From positions 4,898,001 through 4,962,000 of the forward strand of contig NC_134029.1 in NCBI RefSeq assembly GCF_964204645.1: a stretch of 64,000 bases of DNA. The letters run 5' to 3'. The DNA is from Tubulanus polymorphus. Lineage: Eukaryota > Animalia > Nemertea. Shown piece by piece: positions 38,057 to 49,247 of the stretch. The first letter of the stretch is position 1. Each line of letters opens with the position of its first letter. The position numbers and the translations under genes are program-made. The notes under the pieces are model-generated. The model was not told the DNA's origin, ran no database searches, and was given only the letters and a program-made list of their open reading frames with translations.

Positions 38057-39759
38057 TCAAGTTTTGTCATCACTCAAGTTAAGTAGAGTCTCTCTTAACA
38101 TTCCTGCGTATCTGGACGCAAAGTCACGATCTACTACGTCAGTTTGATATTGTAATAGAAAAGACAGCCTGGCGTCAATGGTCAAAGCAACGAGGATGAA
38201 AATGGATGGATTAGCATCAAAACAATCGTATAAAAACTCCACCTCCAAGTTGGAAAGAAATGGTTTGCGCTGTTTCAGGCGATTCAGGATGCAGAAATTA
38301 CCCCAGTTCGAGACGTGGACATCGGTGATGTATGATTGCTTCATTCTGCAAGAATTGAGCTTCGTGAATTTACAGCGTCTGAACATCCGCGTTAAATCAC
38401 CAACCTCATCTTCGGTCTGTCGTTGAAAATCTTTCGCCACTTTCCAAAATGTTTCATCGTCCATATCAGCCGTGATTCGTGCGTTCAGTATATATATACC
38501 ATGGGAATAATCACCCAAGTCGTTCATAGTAGCATCCTTACATAACCGTGGATATCTTAGATTGTACTGCCCGCTGATTTTTACGTCGCGTAGCTGCAAC
38601 GGATCCTTTTCCAACAATTTCGTTAGTGACAAAGCCGTAACGGCATTGATCGCGGCGTTTAATCGTAAGTGCTTTGATTTCGCTGTTTCGACAAATTTTC
38701 TAGTTTCCGACTCACTGAAGTGAATTGGTAATATATCCAGAGTTCTATTCGGCTGCATTTTCTTCGGTGCATAATCTAGTCGACTGGACAGATCTAAATT
38801 ATCAGTAGTAGTCATCGGTGGCTGGAACAACAAATGTAGTTTTTCAAACATGAACCAAGCTTTATCCCAGAAGGTGACATTGATATCGGATTCCATGTAC
38901 TCGTCTCTGCCTGGTTTCAAGGGTAAACGTTCCATGTCAGGGGCGGTAAATTGGGGACCACATTCCAGGTGATTTTGCAAACATTCCACGAAGTCTCTGA
39001 TGAATATTCCTATACTTAAGCCGTCGAAGATCAGATGCAGTCCTGTCATGACGAATGTATATCTACGATTATCACCTGCCATTTCTACACACTCTAACAT
39101 CGTTATTCTCCACAGCGGCCCGTCCTCATCAAATTGTGTATGTAATTCTCTATCCACTAATACGCGGTAGTCGGTGGTCGCCTCATGCCGGAAATTGATA
39201 TTTTCTTCCGCCATTTCTTCAAGAAATTTTACGACGGTGCCGTCGCTAGTTACAAATTTCGAAATCTTGGCTCGTAACATCGGATGCCTTCGATACAATT
39301 GCCGTACAACGTTTTCAACTGATTTCACACGCATGGATACCGTACTAGAAAACGAGAAAATTGCCCAGCATTCGCCGTTTCCAATTTCATTTTCAACGAT
39401 ATTGACTATCTCGTGACAGGAAAACCTTCGCGCAAAGCGACCTAAAATAAATCAAAAACAAAACTGGATGAATTTAGATAAAAACGAATGCGAAATGTAC
39501 TTAGAAAAATGAGATAAAAGATCAGAATGCTATGGACACTACGAGGCGATAATTTCATATATTAGTTTAACTAAAAATTCACATGGGACGCTGTTTAGTC
39601 ATGGATTTTTTCTTTTAGAAAAATATTATTGTTACTATAATTACCCGTTTTCGTGATTTCAGATATAGCGCGCACCAGCTCACGTTCATTACTTTCCTGG
39701 TTATTATAGAGCACCCAGCAAATCACCAAAAATAACATCGTACACAAATAGATAATCAT
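38057..39759 (-). CDS. Membrane-anchored condensation-domain / AATase-like protein B, ~499 aa
   Basis: Exon 1 39759-39645 (MIIYLCTMLFLVICWVLY...) plus exon 2 39441-38057. Catalytic motif HLIFDG. Confidence 0.8.
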
Positions 39760-40390
39760 CCTGATGGTTAGAATACACTCTATCACTGTTCACCTCTCTT
39801 TGGCTGCGAGTTTCATTAGGTGCGTTTGAAATTATGCATTGAAACAAGCTGGTACTTGCATTAATCACATACTATATTTTAGTGCTTTAAACAATTTGAT
39901 ATAAGTCACCGAAAATAGGCGAATAAACATAAGCTCAAAACAAACTGCAGAAAGCCATGATAGTAATATTATCGTGGCATTACAAAGATCCACGAATGTG
40001 TTGAAAGTGCAAATACAATACATAGCAGACCTATCTATCACATTTTGGATTTTTTGACCGGTTTCATTATCCTGCGATGTATGGATGCATTTATTACATG
40101 TATATCAAGTACTGACATATTTTCGGTAAGCCGTTATTCATGCAAGTGTTAAGCCATAGCCAACATAAGCATATATAATTTGTATTACTAATATCATTCA
40201 GGAATTCTAATCAGATTTGTAAAATGATGTTCGTAGACTTCGGTTCACAATACACAGAAAAATAGCTGTTTTTTCGAAGCATTACTGAATATTTTCGTAG
40301 CTTCTTATCTTGATGAAAAAAACGTTGCAGAATATGTTTCTATTTAGCGTATTCCAGCAAAGAATTGTGCAAGCAGCCACTGTATAGCAT

Positions 40391-42118
40391 TCATCGATAA
40401 GTTTTGGGATCACTGAAATGAAGAAGCGTCTCTCTGAACACCTCAGCGTATCTGAACGCGAAATTACGGTCAACGATGTCAGGTTGATATTGTAAAGAAA
40501 ATGACAGCCTGTCGTCCATGGTCATAGCGATAAGGGTGACTATGGCTGGACTGGCATCAAAACAGTCGAATAAGAACTCCACCTTCAGGTCGGAAAGGAA
40601 TTTTTTGCGCTTATTCAGACGATTCAGGATGTCAAAACGACCCCAATTTGACACATGAGCATCGGCTACGAGCGATTTCCCCCATCTGCAAGAATTGAGT
40701 TTAAGCATTTTACAATGATTAAACATCCGCGTGAAATCGGCAACTTCTTCTTCGGTCTGTCGTTGAAAATCTTTCGCCACTTCCCAAAACGTTGCATCGT
40801 CAATATCCGTTGAAATTCGTGCGTCCAACATACAAAGACCTTGAATGTAATCACCCAAGTCGTTCATGTTAGCATCTTTACATAACCGTGGATACCGTAG
40901 ATTATAGAGACCACTGACTCTCACATCATGTAGTTGGGACGCGTCCTCATCCAAAAGTTTCATTAATGACAAAGCCGTAACGGCACTAATCGGGGCGTTC
41001 ATTCGTAAATTGTTTGATTTCACTGTTTCGGCAAATGAGCTCGTTTCTGTCTCACTGAGGTGAATCGGTATTATATCTAGAGTTCTGAGGAGCTGTTCTC
41101 TGTTCGTCTTCGGCGCATAATCTAGTCGACTCGTCAGATCTAAGCGATCATCAGGTGGATGGAAAAGCGATCGCAATCTTTCAAACACGAACCAAGCTTT
41201 ATCCCAGAAGGTGACTTTGATATCGGATTCCATGTACTCATCTCTGCCTGGTTTCAAGGGTAAACGTTCCATGTCAGGGGTGGTAAATTGAGGACCGCAT
41301 TCGAGGTGATTTTGCAAACATTCCACGAAGTCTCTGATGAATATTCCTATACCTAAGCCGTCGCAGATCAGATGCAGTCCTGTCATGACGAATGTATATC
41401 TACGATTATCACCTGCCATTTCTACACACTCTAACATCGTTATTCTCCACAGCGGCCCGTCCTCATCAAATTGTGTATGTAATTCTCTATCCACTAATAC
41501 GCGGTAGTCGGTGGTCGCCTCATGCCGAAAATTGATATTTTCTTCCGCCATTTCTTCAAGGAATTTTACGACGGTACCGTCTCTTGCTATAAATCTCGAA
41601 ATCCTTGCTCGTAACATCGGATGCCTCCGATACAACTGCCGTACAACGTTTTCCATTGATTTCACGTGCAGGGCAACCGTACTAGAAAACGAGAAAATCG
41701 TCCAGCCTTCCCCGTTTCCAATTTCATTCGCATTGAGATATGCTATTTCGTGACAGGACAATCTTCGCGCAAATCGACCTGAAACAAATCAAATTTAGGA
41801 GATTATTTTTTATCGTGATAATTACAGTTTATTGGATAAGTGAAAATTTATTTGATTTCCCGATATAATCCACTGTGTACTAAATATAACTATGAAAGCA
41901 TTGCCATGGGTGCTGCTGATGCCATAAAATGCTGAATACTGCGAACGTAAATAACATTTATATCGAAGACGACATTGTGATTAAAACTAATATAATTTAC
42001 CTGTTTCCATGATTTTAGACATAGCGCGCACCAGTTCGGCTTCATTATCGTCCTCCTTATTACAAAAGTAATGGAGGATTACATAGCAAATCGCCAACCC
42101 CAATAAATAGATAATCAT
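40391..42118 (-). CDS. Membrane-anchored condensation-domain / AATase-like protein A2, ~501 aa
   Basis: Exon 1 42118-42001 (MIIYLLGLAICYVILHYF...) plus exon 2 41778-40391. Catalytic motif HLICDG. Confidence 0.8.
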
Positions 42119-43282
42119 CCTGAAGGACTGATTGAGCGCGTAATGCTTTCTTTTTAGAGCTTTGAGTTTTGAATGCTTTGAAGGTTGGTGTGTAAACATG
42201 TATGTATCACGTCTGGGCGCATTTTGAGATTTAAAAAAAAGTAGCATATTCGGCAACATTATAACTCCGAACAATGATTAGGCCTACATTGTCGTCTCTA
42301 ACGAGATTTCTTAAGATACTGACAGCAGTGCGTTTTGAAATGCCTTTTCAAACTACCGGTTGTAAATTTTACGATTTTTGTTTTCTTTCATTATCGAAAA
42401 CGATACGAAACGGTCGAATACATGTGCTATCTAGTTCAAATCGTTCACATATTAAGGTGAAGGTAACGTTCATTCAAAAGTTCGCCTGAAAATTGTCAAT
42501 GCGGGAATCTAATATAAACAATTTTTGAAATAGATTTCAAACCATTTTCACACATATCTTTGGCGCTCTCCGGCTTTGAATTGTAGATTTCGAAAACAAG
42601 TTTTCGATGTCCTCTACATCGCAGAAGGCTGAGAAAAATATGTTCGCTTTCAAAGAGATTGAAAATGCGCACATAAAATGACCCCTCGAACAGCGAGAAT
42701 TTGTAGCATCACAAAAGAACTACTATACCACCAACATATGTTTTCAAAGACAGTCACAAAAACCGAGACGAAACGGTATTATCTGAATACGGGGTTGTCG
42801 TTCGTACGCTGTCACACTCGTTCAAGGAGAACTGCTTATATAAACGACAATTCACGTGTTTCGACACGGAATGATTGTATAATCAATCAGTATTGAGTCC
42901 GTCGATCACGCGTTATTGACCAACGCTCTGGCATTCACAACGGACTTGCAGCTCGTACATGTTATACACCATACTGCTCCGTGGCTATCGAGGTAATGCT
43001 TTTATGCTTTAGAGCGGTCGGAGTTAAACCCCTACTATTATCGAGTTACAGTTTACCTTTTGGAAATTATGAATTTCGGTTTCACATCCTCGTGATCTCT
43101 CGAAAATTGTTCGAAAGAATGTGTTTAGTGCTCGTAAGTTGTTCCTACAAAACAACTTACCGTCGACTGAATTCAGCGCCGATCAAGGCAATATTCACTT
43201 CATCGTCAGTGAAAGAGGGCACGATTCTCTAATTCTTCATTGAATTAACTGTAAAGGTTTTTCGTTTTGAATCTAATTTCAG

Positions 43283-44481
43283 ATGATGAAAACGATACTA
43301 TTGCTTGTAGGTGTGTCTGCGCTCGTGTTGTTAACCGCGCGCTGTGAGGCTAAAGTTATCAATATGGATCAGAACGAAATAGAGAGACATCAAGTGTCGT
43401 GGACTCCACCAAAATTCTGTAATGGTCTCTCCTGTCCCGAGTACGATGTCGTCAAGAAAACAGACGTGAGCTTAGTTTTCTCATATTGTCCTCTTCCGAA
43501 TCAAGTAAACCTTTATCGAAGAAATATTTGCCCTTTTTATTCACAGGACTACGAACTGAGAAGATACAAACAAAGCAAATGGGTTTCCACACAACTCGTC
43601 GGGATCGACTACGGCATGTCAGCAATGAGGACGATGTTTATGAGATTATTCAACTATATTCAAGGGGAAAATGTTGCAAGTACGTATCCGCTCTAAGGAT
43701 TAAACAATCCCCCGTATGTTAGTCGTCAAGTGAGCTGAAGAGTTAATATATTCGCAGTAATAGATATTCGAAACGACTGTAAGACAAATGATGGTCAAGA
43801 TTTTGTCTATCGGTCGTTGGTCACCAATAAAACATGCCCTTAAGATAGATAGATGGTGTCTTTGTCACAAAACCCCCAACATATATTACATACACGCTCA
43901 TAAAGTTTGAATTTCATCATCGGTCGTTATAAAAATGTTCCGCGTTCGTTTGTATGATCGTGTGCCCTTTTGAATTCTAGAGCAGAAGATCCCGATGACT
44001 TGTCCAGTTACGACGCGATTCATTCCCGGAGCTGGTCCAGCCTGTGAAAGCAACTTTACCATGTCGTTCTACTTACCGAATCCCGCTTCGGCGCCGACAA
44101 ACAAAGACGTATTCTTATCCGAATTACCAGAAACACTGGTCTACGTTCGGTGAGTAATGCGGAAAGTTTTTCAAAGTAACAATTGGATATTTTTTTTCTG
44201 TAGATAAACCAATATGAGAATATGGAAAATCTAGCACGGATTCGCCTCATCTATCTCAAAATCGCCAGTCTATTTACTTTTTCATTTTCCATTTTACTAT
44301 TTTCAGCCAATTTGGGGGTTATATCCTCCGGTTCAGCACCTGGGTCGAGGAAGCGCATAAACTCGCCGCAGCTATCGGTAACGAGAAAGCTTACCACCGA
44401 GAGTTCTTTTACACTGCCGGTTACGATGCTCCGTTTAAACTGTTCAACCGTACCAATGAAATCTGGTTTATTGCCAAATGA
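43283..44481 (+). CDS. SOUL heme-binding protein (HEBP2-like) with signal peptide, 219 aa
   Basis: Exons 43283-43465, 43547-43679, 43981-44149, 44307-44481 give 660 nt in frame. SOUL motifs YELRRY..SKWVST, FMRLFNYIQGEN, KIPMTCPV, FTMSFY, VRQFGG, AGYDAPFKLFNRTNEIWF. Confidence 0.92.
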
Positions 44482-45628
44482 ATTAGAACGCCGGATACGT
44501 AGTCTCGATATTATATCCATTGAATAATCACTCTATTATTTGTATATATGCACTTATGATTTATAATAAATTGTATCATTTTGAATTGCGTATTCGCCAA
44601 TTTTTTCGAATGGTTTCTGGTTTGCTAGAAGGCAACGGTTTGTTGACAATCGATAAGGCTGCCTCGTGGGAATTCTAGCTTAACGCTTATAACTCTACTA
44701 TAGAAAACTCTTGCAAATGGCTTGTGAATTTTGCACAATCATTTTGTGCAAACGTGTTCTAAAGCGAAGAATCGTTTTTTAGAGTCAATGGTTCGTGCAA
44801 GGAATACATTTACTTCACGTTTCAAGATGCATCTTGAATTAAGGGTGGAAACAAAGGATATCAAAATGCATCATGTTCGTTTGTAGAATATCTGCGTACG
44901 TAATTTTCAAGCTGCTTTTTTCGACGAAGAGAACAGAAATTTACAGTACAACTGGAATCGCCTCCTCAAAGATTCCTGCATTCTTGGTTTTTCAGTATTG
45001 AGCTAAAACCCCTGAAATCAATAAACCTTTTTACAGTTTCCAGGCGCCATGTTTTGGATACCGATTGTGTCTGTGATTGCATTGTTAAACTTTTTCTCCA
45101 TATATCTTTCCAGACAAATTCATTCAAAGAATTCAACAAGTCCTATCTACAACGTGTCATTTCGTCCAAATTTTAATGAACTCGCAGTCAATAACCGCTC
45201 ATTTTATATATGCATTGATTTCTTAAAAATATATCATATTTCCTATTCATTTGACGTTTTCTGTACGATCAAGAGATACAATGAAGCAGGTATTTGTATT
45301 AAGTCAGTTGAATTTCCATACGCAACATGTTTTACTTTGTAAGTCGCGTAGTGGTGATTGAAACAAAGTTATTTGCTGAAAAAGTTTGAAGTCGACCGAT
45401 GTATATAATTTGTGCACAGTTATTTGTTAAAATTTATATAGGATATAATTAAAGCACAACATAGCGGTTTAAAGCATGTGACAGACTGTCAAAACATCAG
45501 ATTGATAGGACTTCTCGTGAAGACAGAATTCACTTTTAGATGGCTGATCGATTTTCAGCGCGACTAAGGCAACTTCGTTGATTTATTTTTTTTTCTATCA
45601 TTGTAACTCGATACTTACAACAGTTTCG

Positions 45629-48487
45629 ATGGAGAAGGTGGATTTTCAAAGATTTCTCGTGATATTTTCTTCTATCACTGCAATTCATTTTCTAAGCGCA
45701 GGAATCGGTAAAAGTGAAGGTATGAACAGTTTAAACCAGTGCCGTGGCCTACGTATGAAGCGAAATCTATATACAGCATATATGGAGATAACCATAATGA
45801 CAATTTGATGATTAGAATTAAAAGGTGTCACTGTTGATTCAACTTAATTTCAACGAGCTTAACTTAGCAAATGATTATACATCTCTCTATATATCTATTT
45901 CCAAATCTACTGGTCACGATAGTAAAATTGATTTCGCTAAAATGAACGATCATTTCTTTGAGGTACGTGTGTTGACGCGATTGCGAGTTGTTATAACATG
46001 AGTAGTCATGGTTATTGTGACATTTATCATGAAATTATGGCTGTGAATTGTCCACTTTCGTGCAATGCCTCGTGTAAATGCAGTGCAGGTAATCTTATTA
46101 CTCGTGATGACAATTTTTACTTTAATTCTATCGATAAAAATCGGTGACCATTTCAATATATTTCAAGCATCTCTTAATTTCTTTTCATTGTTTCTAGCCG
46201 CCGCGCCGGGAACTTCAGCAGACAAGATCTGCAAATGTTCATTTCATGGTTTTTTGGGAACTTGTTTTTCTAACTCGTATCTTCGTTCGACTGTGTGTCC
46301 AACAACATGCAAGCTCCAATCAGGTGACATATTTCACTCGCTCCAATTCACTTGATTTTCTCGCGATAATACGCGCAACCAACATTTTGCTGGATCTATG
46401 CCATCCAAACATATAATACGTCTCTGTTTTCATTTTCAGACATTACGTGTCCCGAACCCGCGGCGATTGAGCACACGTATATTACAAAACAAGCAGGGAA
46501 TTCCTATTTATCTCAGGCGTTTTACTCTTGTCAGCCTTATGCCGTGAAGTACGACACGTCTCAATATTCAAATGGACTAATCGCTTGCGTCCGTAATGCT
46601 ACATGGGTTCTCATACCTCAGTTCTATAATCCTGTATGTTTATGTACGTATCTTAACAAATCGAAGTATACCAATGAAGTATATGTTGGTAGGGACGAAA
46701 AGCAGATACGAAAGTAGCATCGAAGAATCCAAGATGTCACATTTGTCGATTATTTTGAAAAGACTAGTTTAAAAGTGTAGAACAATTTGATAAGTGCAGA
46801 GAACTTAACAATTTCTCTGAAATTGTTAAGAGAATACTAAACAATTTCTCTGAAATTGTTAAGAGAATTGTTAGAACTATTTTCAGAGATTTTCAAATAA
46901 AAGATGGGTGGAAGTAATCTAACCGAAACGTCAGAACAAAAATGATAACAATTGTTTTTTGAATTTACATTGTGGATGAAACAACTAAATGTAGAACTAT
47001 GTTTAGAGCGTTTCCGAACAGGAAAACTGCAAACTATACTAAGTGGAATTGGGGGGCAATATTCTGAAAGAAATCATGAAGTTTTAATGAAAATGCCAAT
47101 TCATGTTACAGATGTATGTTTATGAAAAAATGATAAGTTTGTTGGTTCATTTTAGTAAAGAACTGCACGAGCAACCCTCCAACATATCCGAACACGGTAT
47201 GGACAACAACCGGAGGTGGCCCGGTAAATTATACGCACGGCACGAATGCGACGTATCAGTGTCATCCGCCATTAAAATATATTCAAACTGGTGGAGACAA
47301 TATCCGAACTTGCACTGCGAATTCTTCGCATGTTATTTGGTCCTATTGGACCAATCCTATAGATTGCACACGTAAGAAATGGTCTACTTTACCAACGAAG
47401 GCCATTATGTCACTTCGATATTCTATCTGGATATTTATATCATCATTTCAGTACGTGATTGCACAGCCCCTGTAGCAGTTGCCAATGCTAATTGGACGAC
47501 GAACAGTTCAACTGCTGGACAATACCCAGGTTACACTACCGCCACCTATACGTGTGAATCAGGGTACGAACTACGTTCTCCGAATACAGTGACCTGTACT
47601 CCAACTGAAACGACCGTTGAATGGATTCCAGCAAAAGTTGTCTGCGGAAGTGAGTTTTGCGTAGAAGTGGACCATAGTTTTTGATAAAATACCGAAGCTG
47701 ATTTTGTCTAACTAGAATGACAATTCTAAACTTACTTTTTAGAATCTTGTGGGGCGAGTCCAGCAGTCCTAAACTCGCAATCGAGAATTATAGATCGTGG
47801 AGCCTTAACAGTGTACGAATGTGCAAACGGGTTTTTCATGCACGGGTCGGCCTATGTAAAATGCAGTAGCAGTGGAAGTTGGGGGACTATGCCGTCCTGT
47901 TTAGGTTAGTTCGTCGTCACAACTCCACACATCCTTCATCAGCATCAGTATCGTTTTGTACGAGTATCTACATTTTCAGATGTCCCGCCAACTACTATCG
48001 CACCCGCGGCTGAAGTCGTTGTGGCCACCACACCCAATACGAGCGTTACTAATCTTATTGGTCATATAGTAGCTGCCGTTGTTATAGTGATTTTGACATC
48101 AACAGCAATAGTGCTCGGGGTCAAACTGTACAAACTACGACAAGGCGGTAACAAGGTAACAAAGAAAAATAGCGGATGATTTTCATGCTCATACTCCTTT
48201 TTAAACTCTTCTGCAAGAGCATGTGTAAGCCATTTTTTTATTTCTGAACCACCTTCTTATAAGGTTGTTACACGGTAAGAAAGATAACGGATATTTTTCG
48301 TGGTAATGCGCCATCTAACCAGGGCATCCGATGAATATATATTTTATTCAAGGGTTGAAAAACTCTTCAAATCCAACCGTTATTCCAATGTTTTCTATAA
48401 AAACAGATTCAGAGTGAACCAAAAACCGAAAAGACGATTCCACTTGAAAATGTTGTAACGACTCAATCTACTACTACCCACAAATAG
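45629..48487 (+). CDS. Type-I membrane protein: signal peptide, ShKT, ShK-like Cys module, 4 Sushi/CCP, S/T stalk, TM, short tail (paralog 1)
   Basis: Nine exons, mostly with phase-1 junctions. ShKT-like CVDAIASC..MSSHGYCDIYHEIMAVNCPLSCNASC, Sushi repeats (C..P...ATY.C...C....W....C), TM HIVAAVVIVILTSTAIVLGV followed by KLYKLR. Confidence 0.75.
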
Positions 48488-49247
48488 AATAAAGAGTAAG
48501 CTAAACGAAGGTTCGATATTGAGAATGGCTGGAAATATGCTCATGTCGTAAAGATGACATTATTCTTTTACAGGGGACTACGCACGTAAAAACACACACA
48601 CGGGCGGAAAATACACAAAGTTTCTTTACACAGCCACCTTCTATCTCGTTGAATTCATACTATTGTTTGCATAATCATAGAGTGTTTTACGCATACGCAT
48701 TATTTGTAAGTAATAAATTGTAGATCTTTCAATCGAAATTCTACGTCTTTTTCACAAATTTTTCGTTTTTCTCCCGTTTCGAAAACAAGTCTTGGCCGAA
48801 GCAGATGGATAATTTAAGTATTAAGGTTGCTGTAACGTGTAGAATTTTCCTTTTTCCTTCTTCGCAATGCGGTAAAAGAAAATTACTCCTGAACGGAACG
48901 TGTCATTAAGTTCATTCATATTGCACTGAACGTGAAGCCAATAACTGTTTATTCTATATTCATTGATTTATTAAAAAATATTGCATATTTCCTATTCATA
49001 TGACGTTTACGTATAGGATCCATGTCATTTAGCCGAAATACAATGAAAGCTGGTATTCAAGTCGTGGGCTGGCGATTGAAACAAAGTTATTTGCTGAACA
49101 GTTTGAAGTCAACTCACTATGGTATAATTACGGCGAAAAAGTGTTGGAATCAAAACGCGTGACTAACTATCAGATTGGTCGGACTTTTCAACGCGAACGG
49201 ATTACATTTCAAAAGTTGATTGATTTTAAATGCTTACAAAAGTCCAC

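Noticed and set aside
35912-41778. Bacterial contamination or a true NRPS
   Set aside because: The genes have spliceosomal introns and sit collinearly among animal genes, and no adenylation or carrier domains are present.
46895-46940. Hammerhead-ribozyme-like ...AAGATGG...CCGAAACGTCAG next to a 29-bp tandem duplication
   Set aside because: The CUGANGA core is absent (TAAAAGA), so at best this is a dead Penelope-type relic.
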